A stretch of 64,000 nucleotides of DNA from Gammaproteobacteria bacterium (lineage in GTDB: Bacteria > Pseudomonadota > Gammaproteobacteria > Steroidobacterales > PWYM01): positions 175 to 64,174 of the forward strand of contig JAFIFN010000003.1 of the NCBI GenBank assembly GCA_020832005.1. Direction: 5' to 3'. Positions 44,883 through 53,330 of the stretch are shown here, piece by piece. Made by a program: the position numbers and the translations under genes. Position 1 is the stretch's first letter. Each line of letters begins with the position of its first letter. The notes under the pieces were generated by a model that worked only from the letters and a program-made list of their open reading frames with translations, did no database searches and had not been told where the DNA came from.

Positions 44883-46937
44883 CTAGCGTCGGCGCCGCTC
44901 GGCCCGCGTTGGCGGTTCAGATGGACCAGGCCGGGCAAAGCGGGCCTGCCAGTCGCGCACCTGGTGATACCAGTGGATGGAGTTGTTGGGCTTGAGGATC
45001 CAGTGGTTTTCGTCAGGGAAATACAGCAGGCGTGATTCGATGCGCCGACTCTGCAGCGTGCGGAACAGTTCGAAGGCCTGGCCGACCGGCACGCGATAGT
45101 CGAGCTGGCCATGCACGATCAGCGCCGGGGTGGCGAAATCGCCTGCGTAGTAATGGGGCGAGATCTCGCGATAGATCTCGGGCACCTCCCAATACTGGCC
45201 GAAGCGCTCGCTGTGCACGGCGAAGTCCGAGGCCATCTGCGAGTACATGTTGTAGACCGGTGCATGGATCAGCAGGCTGCGAAACGGATGCTCGCGGCCC
45301 AGCAGGATCGAGGCCAGGTAGCCGCCGTAGCTGCCGCCGCCGGCGACCATGCGGTCTGCATCGATCCAGTCCTGCCCCGCGAACCATTCGGCGGCGGCGA
45401 TGGTGTCGTTGTACGGGGCCGTGATCCAGTCGGGATTGATGTAGTCGACGAAGTCCTGACCGAACCCACTGGAGCCGTGGAAGTTGTGCCAGGCGGTGAC
45501 ATAGCCCCAGGAGGCGAAGGTCTGCGCGTTCCAGCGGTAATGGAACCCGTCGGTGATTGCGCCATGCGGGCCGCCGTGAATCAGCAGGAACAGCGGATAG
45601 CGACGCTCCGGATCGAAGCCCGGTGGATAGTGCACCCACATCTGGATTTCAGCGCCATCGTGACCTTCATAGGTGACCGATTCGTAGGTGCCCAGCTCGA
45701 CATCGGCCAGCAGCTCGTCGTTGAGCGTATCCAGGCGCGTAGTCTCGCCTGAATCGGTGTCGATGCGCACCAGGCGCGCCGGATAGAGGAAACTCTGGTT
45801 CGTCGCCACCAGCGTGCCGTCGCGCGCGATCGACAGATTGCCGAAGTCGGTGTCGCGTGTGAGCCTGCGCGGCGTGCTGCCGTCAACACCGATGAAATGC
45901 ACGCGAAAAGTCGCTGCATCGTCGATGGCCGCATAGAAGCCGCTGCTGTCGGGCAACCACACCAGTCCCGAGGCCGAGCGGTCCCAGTCGCTGGTGATTT
46001 CGCGCTGTTCGCCGGAAGCCAGGTCATGCAGCACGATATTGGCCGTATCGGCATAGAACCCGGGAATGGCCTGGCGTGTATAGGCAAGCATGCGTCCGTC
46101 AGGACTGAACATCGGCGATCCATCACTGGCCTCGTTGGCTTCCGTCAGGTTTTCAGCCGCCGTTGCGCCGATGCGCCCGAGGAATACATCGTAATCAGGC
46201 GACACCCCATCGGCGCGCGCGTCGCTGACGAAAGCCACATGGGATTCGTCCGGGTGGATATCGTAGCTGCCGGTGCTCTGGGTGCTGCGCGAGAGCTGTC
46301 GGCCCAGCGGCTGGGTGATTGCCTCGATGTCACCGCCGGCGGCAGGGATGCGGAATACATGCGCCTCGCGCGCCTCTTCGATCCAGGTATCCCAGTGGGC
46401 ATAGGGCAGGGCGTTCCATTCATACACTGAGACCTTCTTGTCGGCTTCCGCCTTCACCTGCTCGGCCATCTCCTCCCAGGTTTTGTCCGGCCATACGCGA
46501 CTGACGAAGTACAGGTGCTCGCCGACCCATTTCACCGCCGAAATGCCGGTGGGCACATCGGAGAGGCGCTGCGCCTCTCCGGGTGCATCCATTGGCAGCA
46601 GGTATAACTGTGCGCTGTCATCGTCTGTGCGCTGGGTGGTAAAGGCCAGCTGTGTGCCGTCGGGCGAGAACACCGGGTTGCCTGCAGACTTCCCGGCCAT
46701 GGTCAGCGCGCGCTGCACGTCACCGCTGGCGGAAAACAGCCACAGGCGGGTTTCACTTTCGTCCGTTTCAGTGTCGTAGCTGATGACCGGTGCGACGATG
46801 TGGCCGCCGACAGGCGAGATGACGGGCGCGCCGAGCCGCTCGATCTGCCACAACAGTTCCACGGACAGGTGTTTGGGCTTTTCGGCGAGTGTGGCGCTGC
46901 CGGTCAGCGCGAGCAGCGCCAGTAGCAGAATTCTCAT
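44883..46937 (-). CDS. Exported S9-family serine peptidase (prolyl oligopeptidase/DPP-IV type) with N-terminal beta-propeller
   Basis: Signal peptide MRILLLALLALTGSATLA. Nucleophile motif GGGSYGGY, plus C-terminal GQLDYRVP and DENHW (Asp/His of the triad). An alternative start at 46958 gives MSKQGPIM.... The track ORF to 47333 is an upstream extension. Confidence 0.85.
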   Translation of the reverse strand: MRILLLALLALTGSATLAEKPKHLSVELLWQIERLGAPVISPVGGHIVAPVISYDTETDESETRLWLFSASGDVQRALTMAGKSAGNPVFSPDGTQLAFTTQRTDDDSAQLYLLPMDAPGEAQRLSDVPTGISAVKWVGEHLYFVSRVWPDKTWEEMAEQVKAEADKKVSVYEWNALPYAHWDTWIEEAREAHVFRIPAAGGDIEAITQPLGRQLSRSTQSTGSYDIHPDESHVAFVSDARADGVSPDYDVFLGRIGATAAENLTEANEASDGSPMFSPDGRMLAYTRQAIPGFYADTANIVLHDLASGEQREITSDWDRSASGLVWLPDSSGFYAAIDDAATFRVHFIGVDGSTPRRLTRDTDFGNLSIARDGTLVATNQSFLYPARLVRIDTDSGETTRLDTLNDELLADVELGTYESVTYEGHDGAEIQMWVHYPPGFDPERRYPLFLLIHGGPHGAITDGFHYRWNAQTFASWGYVTAWHNFHGSSGFGQDFVDYINPDWITAPYNDTIAAAEWFAGQDWIDADRMVAGGGSYGGYLASILLGREHPFRSLLIHAPVYNMYSQMASDFAVHSERFGQYWEVPEIYREISPHYYAGDFATPALIVHGQLDYRVPVGQAFELFRTLQSRRIESRLLYFPDENHWILKPNNSIHWYHQVRDWQARFARPGPSEPPTRAERRRR

Positions 46938-46988
46938 GATGGGCCCCTGTTTGCTCATGATGGTTGACTGAAGTATAAAGACTGCGCA

Positions 46989-47366
46989 ATGAAAATTTCT
47001 TCCTGCTGCCGCGCATTCGCACGGCCCCTGCTGCCGCTGGTCGCAGTGGCGGTATTGGGCGCGCAGCTGCTGGGTGCGCACATGCACCTGCATGGTGATC
47101 ATCATGACCATGCAGGTGCTCATGTACATTCCGTCCATTCGCCCTGCCATGCTGACCCTGATCACCTCGGTGACGGCGTGGAGATCAGTCTGTGGCATGC
47201 GCTGCTGTGCAAGCTCCCCGATGTACAGAGCGTGGGTGCCGCGGTCGCGCTGCTGGTAGCGCCTGCGACTGTCTGGCTGGATGTCACTGCTGCGCTGCAG
47301 CATGTCCCTGAACGCCGGCGACTGCTGGCGCATTTCTCCCCCCTGCTGCGCGCGCCACCGCGCTGA
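46989..47366 (+). CDS. His-rich small protein preceding the RND operon (CzcI-like position), hypothetical
   Basis: 125 aa. Signal-like N-terminus (…PLLPLVAVAVLGAQLLGA), then HMHLHGDHHDHAGAHVHSVHSPCHADPDH, and a second hydrophobic stretch. Ends ...LLRAPPR. No obvious SD, so coding status is moderate. Confidence 0.5.
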   Translation: MKISSCCRAFARPLLPLVAVAVLGAQLLGAHMHLHGDHHDHAGAHVHSVHSPCHADPDHLGDGVEISLWHALLCKLPDVQSVGAAVALLVAPATVWLDVTAALQHVPERRRLLAHFSPLLRAPPR

Positions 47367-47467
47367 TCGCCGACGCCTGATCGTCCCTGCCGTGTTTGAA
47401 GACGCGGTACGTGGGTCGGACCTGATGCAGCACGCTGCCGCCCTGGCGGCAGTAGGGAGTCATTTCC

Positions 47468-48730
47468 ATGCGTATTTCTTGCTACGCGTTCGGCGCTCTG
47501 ACGCTGGGCGCGCTGGTGCTGGCTGCGACTGGCGCGCACTCTGAGCGCACGCTCGAGCAGACCATCGAGGAGGCCTTGCAGGTCGCGCCGGAGCGCGATG
47601 CCGTCGGCGCCGGCATTGCCGCGGGTCGCGCCGAGCTGCGCCAGGCCGGTGCCTGGCCGGACCCGGTGCTGGAGCTGCGCGCAGACGATCGCATCGGGCG
47701 TGAACTCGGCGCTGGCGGGCGGGAGTTCACCGAGGTTTCGTTCAGCCAGGCGTTGCCAATCGGCCAGGTCGGGCCTAGGCGGGCGCGGGCGCGCGCTGGT
47801 CTTGCGGCGGAGCGGGCTGCAGGTGCATCACAGCAGCTAGAGCTGGAGCATACGGTGGCCGAGGCCTTTCATGCGCTTCAGCATGCCACGGCGGTGCTCG
47901 CCATCACACGCGCTGCTGCTGCGGATGCGCAGGCGTTCGCGGCCATCGCCTCACGTCGTCAAGCCGCGGGAGAGGTGTCGCGCCGCGAAGCCTTGCGCCT
48001 GTCAATTTTTTCCGCGCAGACTGCACAGCAGGTTGAGGCAGCCGAGGGCGAGTACTCCGAGGCACAGCATCGACTTGCCCTGCTGCTGGCCATTCCTGCC
48101 GAGGCGGTTGGCGACACACAGAGCCTGCATCGGCCGCCAGCTGCGGAGTCCCTGGCCCGACTGCTCGCGGACATCGATCAGCACCCGGACTTGCGGGTCC
48201 ATACTGCTGCCCAGTCGATGATCGAGGCGGACCTTGCCGCTGCATTCAATGCACGCTGGTCGGAGGTTGCCATCAGCGCATATCGCATGCGCGATGCGAT
48301 CAATGGCCGGCGCGAGTCTTACACCGGTATCGGGGTGTCACTGACGGTGCCGCTGTGGGACCGCCGCAGCGGGCGTATCCAGGCCCTGACGGCAAGCGGT
48401 GTGCGTGCCCGCGCTCACCAGCGCGGCGAACGTCGCACGCTTGAGAGCGCCGTGCGAGTTCGCCATCTGCACCTGTCTCACCTTCTGGCACAGCTCGATG
48501 AACAGGCCGCCGAGGTGCTGGAGCCTGCACGCGAGCTGCTGGCACTGACACGACAGGGATATCAGGCCGGGGAAGTCGATCTGCTTGCCCTGCTGGAAGC
48601 CACGACCACCGCACGTGAAGCCGAGCGATTGCAACAGCAATTGCTGGCCGACGCGTGGCTGGAGATGGCGGCATTGAGACACGCCGCCGGTCGCTTTCTC
48701 GCACCCCCGTTCCCGGAGACTCAACCATGA
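47468..48730 (+). CDS. Outer-membrane efflux factor (TolC/CzcC family)
   Basis: 420 aa. Signal peptide, then LEQTIEEALQVAPERDAV... typical of OMF repeats. SD GGGAG upstream. ATGA overlap with the next gene. Confidence 0.8.
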   Translation: MRISCYAFGALTLGALVLAATGAHSERTLEQTIEEALQVAPERDAVGAGIAAGRAELRQAGAWPDPVLELRADDRIGRELGAGGREFTEVSFSQALPIGQVGPRRARARAGLAAERAAGASQQLELEHTVAEAFHALQHATAVLAITRAAAADAQAFAAIASRRQAAGEVSRREALRLSIFSAQTAQQVEAAEGEYSEAQHRLALLLAIPAEAVGDTQSLHRPPAAESLARLLADIDQHPDLRVHTAAQSMIEADLAAAFNARWSEVAISAYRMRDAINGRRESYTGIGVSLTVPLWDRRSGRIQALTASGVRARAHQRGERRTLESAVRVRHLHLSHLLAQLDEQAAEVLEPARELLALTRQGYQAGEVDLLALLEATTTAREAERLQQQLLADAWLEMAALRHAAGRFLAPPFPETQP

Positions 48731-50226
48731 AATCCGCAGGTATCTGTCTGCCCGCCCTGCTGTTGATGGCCAATTTGCTGGTTGCCGACGAGCTTGATTT
48801 CACGCTCTGGGAGAACGAACTTGAGGCCTTTGTCGAGCATGATTCGCTGCAGGCTGGTCAGCCGGCTGATTTTGCGGTTCACCTGACTTGGCTGGCGACC
48901 CAGCAAGCGGTGACCGCCGGAGCTCTGACGCTGACCTTGCAGGCGCCCGGGCAGGAACCGGTGCGCCGCACGCTGCGTGCGCCTGATCGACCGGGGATTT
49001 ACCTGGCGCAGCTGGTGCCACGACATGAGGGCCGACACATGCTTGAGCTTGCGCTCGAACATGATGGCCGTAGCCTGGTACTGCGGCATGACCTCACGGT
49101 GCACTCGAGCGCGGGCGCTCGCCACGACCACGATCACGATCACGACGCTGCGGATTCGGCCATCGCGTTCTCCAAGGAGCGGCAGTGGCGGATGGCCTTC
49201 TCGGTCGACACGGCGCGTATCGAGTCGATCGCGGCCCGAATTTCAGCGGCGGCCATGGTTGAAGCCATGCCGGGGAGGCAGGTCGATATTGTCGCACCGG
49301 CGCGCGGCACCTTGAGAGTTGCGGCCGACCGGCCGTGGCTTCGACCGGGCCAGGAGGTCAATGCGGGTGAGACGCTGGCCGAGCTCGCCTCCCTGGCGGG
49401 GGCCGACGACCTCGGTCAGCTGCGCGCTGAGCAGCTTGCGGCCGAAGCCCGCTGGCGTATGGCACGTGAGGATCTGCAGCGGGTGACCGGGCTGGCTGCT
49501 GATGGTGTCGTCTCTGAGCGCCGATTGTCAGAAGCCCAAACCGAGGAGATCACCGCAAGAGGCGCCCTTGAGGCTGCGAATGCACGGTTGGGTGAGGCAC
49601 GCGGCGGCTCAGGTTCGGGCGATGCACTGCTACTGCGCTCGCCGATCCGTGGCACTGTGATCGCTGCCCCGCGCAGCCCTGGTGCCATGGTCGAGGCCGG
49701 GACGTCGCTGGCAACGGTGCTCGATGCAGAGGAGGTCTGGATTCGCGTGTCCCTGCTGGCGCACGACCTGGTCGCGCTCACGGATCCGCAGGATCTGGCG
49801 ATCCGTCGACCCGGTGATCGCGAGTGGCGCCATCCTGACAGTGCGCGGCTGGTCTACCGCGGCCTGGCGCTCGAGGATGGGATTCTGCCGCTGGTGTTCG
49901 AGGTGGCCAACGATGGCAGTCTGCCGCCGGGACTGCCGCTGGTCGCGAGTCTGGCTGCCGGCGCACCGCAGCGCTCGGTCACCATCCCGGAGACAGCACT
50001 GCTCAGTGATGATGGCGTCGATGTCGTGATCGTACAGCTCGGTGGTGAGCGATTCGAACGTCGCCCTGTACGCACACGAACACGCGCCGCCGGTCGCGTC
50101 GCCGTCGGTCTTGGCCTCGAGGCTGGGGAGCGTGTCGTTGTGGACGGCGCCTACGCTGTGCTGCTGGCCGGTCGCACATCCGCTGCGGGTGATGATGATC
50201 ATCATCATCACGGCCACTCGCATTAG
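48727..50226 (+). CDS. RND periplasmic adaptor with extra N-terminal domain and His tracts
   Basis: 499 aa. Signal peptide, a ~130-aa N-terminal extension, (HD)4 at RHDHDHDHD, then MFP core (lipoyl/barrel-like VIAAPRSPGAMVEAGTSLATV). C-terminal DDDHHHHGHSH. Confidence 0.85.
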   Translation: MKSAGICLPALLLMANLLVADELDFTLWENELEAFVEHDSLQAGQPADFAVHLTWLATQQAVTAGALTLTLQAPGQEPVRRTLRAPDRPGIYLAQLVPRHEGRHMLELALEHDGRSLVLRHDLTVHSSAGARHDHDHDHDAADSAIAFSKERQWRMAFSVDTARIESIAARISAAAMVEAMPGRQVDIVAPARGTLRVAADRPWLRPGQEVNAGETLAELASLAGADDLGQLRAEQLAAEARWRMAREDLQRVTGLAADGVVSERRLSEAQTEEITARGALEAANARLGEARGGSGSGDALLLRSPIRGTVIAAPRSPGAMVEAGTSLATVLDAEEVWIRVSLLAHDLVALTDPQDLAIRRPGDREWRHPDSARLVYRGLALEDGILPLVFEVANDGSLPPGLPLVASLAAGAPQRSVTIPETALLSDDGVDVVIVQLGGERFERRPVRTRTRAAGRVAVGLGLEAGERVVVDGAYAVLLAGRTSAAGDDDHHHHGHSH

Positions 50227-50237
50227 GGGGCGGCGTC

Positions 50238-53200
50238 ATGTTTGATCGCCTGGTGCTATGGTCGCTGCGTCGACAGATCTTCGTGCTGCTGATGGCTGCG
50301 CTGTTGCTGGTGGCGGGGCTGTGGGCTGCACGCAGCGCGCCGCTGGATGTGTTTCCGGATCTCACCGCGCCGAGCGTCACGGTCCTCGCAGAGGCGCCTG
50401 GCCTGGCGGCCGAGGAGGTCGAGCGTCAGGTCACCATGGCGGTGGAGAGCGTGGTCAATGGGGCCGATGGTGTCAGGCGGGTGCGATCGCAGTCGGTGGC
50501 GGGGTTTTCGCTGGTCTGGGTCGAGTTCGAGTGGGGCACGGACATCTACCGCGCGCGTCAGTCCGTGACGGAGCGACTCTCGCAGCTTGGTGTCATGCCG
50601 GCGGGTGTGGAACGCCCGCAGCTTGGTCCGATCACCTCCATCATGGGCGAGATCATGTATGTCGGCTTGCGTGCGACGCCGCCGGCGAACCTGATGCAGG
50701 CGCGCGAGAGCGCAGACTGGTTGCTCAAGCCGCAGTTGCTGGCGATACCCGGGGTTGCACAGGTCTCCAACCTCGGCGGTGAGGTCCGTCAGTATCAGGT
50801 GCTGATCAATGCCGAGCGCATGCGCGCCGCCGGCATTGGCATCCAGGCGGTGCGCGATGCCGTGGCAGCGGCGAACCGCAACACCAGCGGCGGTGTGGTC
50901 GAACGTGCAGGTCGGGACATCCAGTTGAGGTTTCTGGGCCGCATCGAGCGTATCGATGACCTGCGTGAAGCCGTGGTGGGAATGCGCAACGGCGTGCCTG
51001 TCCGGTTGCGACATGTGGCCGAAATCGCGATGGGGCCCGCATTGCCGGTCGGGGACGGTGGCGTCAACGGGGCGCCGGGTGTGGTGCTGGCCATTGCCAA
51101 GCAACCGGCCGCCGATACCCTGGCCCTGACTGCCACGGTGCTGGCGACACTTGCAGGCCTTGCCGATGCCTTGCCGGAGGGTGTCGAGCTTGTCGATGAT
51201 CTTTTTCGCCAGGCCGATTTCATTACACTGGCCGTGAGAAACGTCGCCGCGGCGCTGCGCGATGGTGCCCTGCTGGTCACGGTGGTGCTGTTCGCCTTCC
51301 TGCTCAATGTGCGGACTACTGTCATCTCCCTGCTCGCCATTCCGCTGTCGCTGCTGATGGCGATCCTGGTGCTCAGCGCATTCGGCGCCAGCATCAATAC
51401 CATGACGCTTGGCGGCATGACGATCGCCATTGGCGCCCTGGTCGACGATGCGATCATCTTCATCGAAAGCATCTTTCGACGGCTGAAAACCAACCAGGAG
51501 GCGTCCCGGCCTGAAGCGTCCCGCAAGGTTATCGGTGATGCCTGTCTCGAGGTCAGCCAGCCGGTGGTGTATTCGACTGTGATCATCATGCTGGTGTTTC
51601 TGCCGATGTTCTTTCTCGGCGGTATTGAAGGCCGTCTGCTGCAGCCGCTCGGCGTGGCCTATCTTGTAGCCATCGCCACATCGCTGCTCGTGGCGCTGAC
51701 GCTCACGCCGGTGCTGGCGCAGATGTGGCTGGCAGGCAGTGCTGCGGTGCGCGAGCCGCGTGAGCCTGCACCCGTGCGCATGCTGCGCAGCTGGTATCTG
51801 CCGCTGCTGAAGGCCGCGCTGGCGCGCGCCCGATGGATGGTCGGCGGCTCGGTTGCCCTGGTGGTCGTGACGGCGATCCTGATGCTGCAGGCCGGGCGCT
51901 CCTTCCTGCCTGAATTCAATGAGGGCGCACTGACCATCGAAATGCTGACGCCGCCTGGCACGGCACTGGCTGAGTCGGCGCGACTGGCGGCAGAGGTGGA
52001 GCGGGCCCTTCTCGCACATCCGGAAATTCTTTCCGTCGCTCGACGGACCGGGCGCGCCGAGCTCGATGAACACACCCAGCCTGCGCATATGAGCGAACTC
52101 GACGTGCGACTGGCGCCGCTGCAGGACCAGGCAGCGTTTCTGGAGACGCTGCGCAGGGATCTGGCGGGCTTCGCGGGGCTGAATTTCAGCATCGGACAGC
52201 CGATCTCGCACCGCATCGATCACATGCTTTCGGGTGTGAGGGCGAATCTGGCCATCAAGGTGTTCGGCCCTTCCCTTGGGGAGTTGCATCGGCTCGGCAA
52301 TGAAGCTGCCGTGCTGTTGCAGGAAGTGCCTGGCCTGGTCGATATCTGGATCGAGCCGCTGGCTGAAGTGCCACAGCTGAGATGGCGAGCGGACCGCGAA
52401 GCCATTGCGCGCTACGGTCTGAGCGTCGGTGAGGTTGGCGAGGCGATTGAACTGGGCTGGCGTGGCGAGCGGGTCTCCGAAGTGTTCGAAGGCGGCCGTC
52501 GCTTTGATCTGGTTGTGCGTCTGCCTGACGAGGAGCGCGCGCAGCTGGAGCGGCTCGCGGAGCTGCCTCTGAACGCCCCGACGGGCGGGCTGGTTGGCCT
52601 GTCCGAACTGGTTGTCACCAGTCTGGAGAGCGGTGCCGGCACCGTGATGCGCGAAAATGGAGAACGACGACTGGTGATCAGCGCGAACGTCGCCGGAAGG
52701 GATCTGCACGGCACGGTCACGGCGGCTCGCGACGCCCTGCGGGGAATGACCTTGCCGGTCGGCTATCGCATCGACTACGGCGGTCAGTTCGAAGCCGAGA
52801 TTGCTGCAACCCGTACCCTGGGGCAGCTCACCGTGTTCGTGCTGATTGCCATGGTGCTGGTGCTGTTCGCTGCGCTGCGTTCCTGGACGCTGGCATTGAT
52901 GGTCATGGTCAACGTGCCGCTTGCCCTGTTCGGGGGCGTCATCGCGGTATGGCTGATGGGCGGTGTGCTGACAGTGCCGGCGCTGGTGGGCTTGATCACA
53001 CTGCTGGGCATTGCCGTTCGCAACGGACTGCTGCTGATCAGTCGCTACCAGGCCCTCGACGCGGAGGGTGTGGCGCTCAACGAGGTCATAGAGCGGGGCT
53101 CTCTCGAACGCCTGGCGCCGATCCTGATGACCGCGCTGACGGCCGCCTTGGCGCTGATCCCGCTGGCAATGGGTCTGGGGCAGCCGGGGACGGAGATCCA

Positions 53201-53330
53201 GGCACCCATGGCCTGGGTGATTCTCGGGGGGCTGCTCAGCTCGACGCTGCTCAACATGGTCGTGGTGCCGGCGATCTACCTGCTTTTGCGTGAACACAAA
53301 TTACTTGCCTCGGCGCGGCAGCTGCGGTAG
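50238..53330 (+). CDS. Heavy-metal efflux RND pump (CusA/CzcA superfamily, atypical TM4 motif)
   Basis: 1030 aa, 12-TM RND architecture. The N-terminus MFDRLVLWSLRRQIFVLL is like HME pumps. TM4 is GGMTIAIGALVDDAIIFIES, which is neither the Czc DFG-DGA-VEN type nor exactly the CusA type. Confidence 0.9.
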   Translation: MFDRLVLWSLRRQIFVLLMAALLLVAGLWAARSAPLDVFPDLTAPSVTVLAEAPGLAAEEVERQVTMAVESVVNGADGVRRVRSQSVAGFSLVWVEFEWGTDIYRARQSVTERLSQLGVMPAGVERPQLGPITSIMGEIMYVGLRATPPANLMQARESADWLLKPQLLAIPGVAQVSNLGGEVRQYQVLINAERMRAAGIGIQAVRDAVAAANRNTSGGVVERAGRDIQLRFLGRIERIDDLREAVVGMRNGVPVRLRHVAEIAMGPALPVGDGGVNGAPGVVLAIAKQPAADTLALTATVLATLAGLADALPEGVELVDDLFRQADFITLAVRNVAAALRDGALLVTVVLFAFLLNVRTTVISLLAIPLSLLMAILVLSAFGASINTMTLGGMTIAIGALVDDAIIFIESIFRRLKTNQEASRPEASRKVIGDACLEVSQPVVYSTVIIMLVFLPMFFLGGIEGRLLQPLGVAYLVAIATSLLVALTLTPVLAQMWLAGSAAVREPREPAPVRMLRSWYLPLLKAALARARWMVGGSVALVVVTAILMLQAGRSFLPEFNEGALTIEMLTPPGTALAESARLAAEVERALLAHPEILSVARRTGRAELDEHTQPAHMSELDVRLAPLQDQAAFLETLRRDLAGFAGLNFSIGQPISHRIDHMLSGVRANLAIKVFGPSLGELHRLGNEAAVLLQEVPGLVDIWIEPLAEVPQLRWRADREAIARYGLSVGEVGEAIELGWRGERVSEVFEGGRRFDLVVRLPDEERAQLERLAELPLNAPTGGLVGLSELVVTSLESGAGTVMRENGERRLVISANVAGRDLHGTVTAARDALRGMTLPVGYRIDYGGQFEAEIAATRTLGQLTVFVLIAMVLVLFAALRSWTLALMVMVNVPLALFGGVIAVWLMGGVLTVPALVGLITLLGIAVRNGLLLISRYQALDAEGVALNEVIERGSLERLAPILMTALTAALALIPLAMGLGQPGTEIQAPMAWVILGGLLSSTLLNMVVVPAIYLLLREHKLLASARQLR

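Noticed and set aside
47074-47259. Alternative-frame 61-aa Met/Cys-rich ORF (MRTCTCMVIIMTMQVLMY...) inside the His-rich ORF
   Set aside because: It arises from the CAT/GAT-rich codons of the His tract read out of frame. It has no start context and is less plausible than the His-rich frame.
50256-53297. 1013-aa minus-strand ORF
   Set aside because: It is antisense to the 12-TM RND pump. Its composition (Arg/His/Gln/Asp-rich) is not protein-like.
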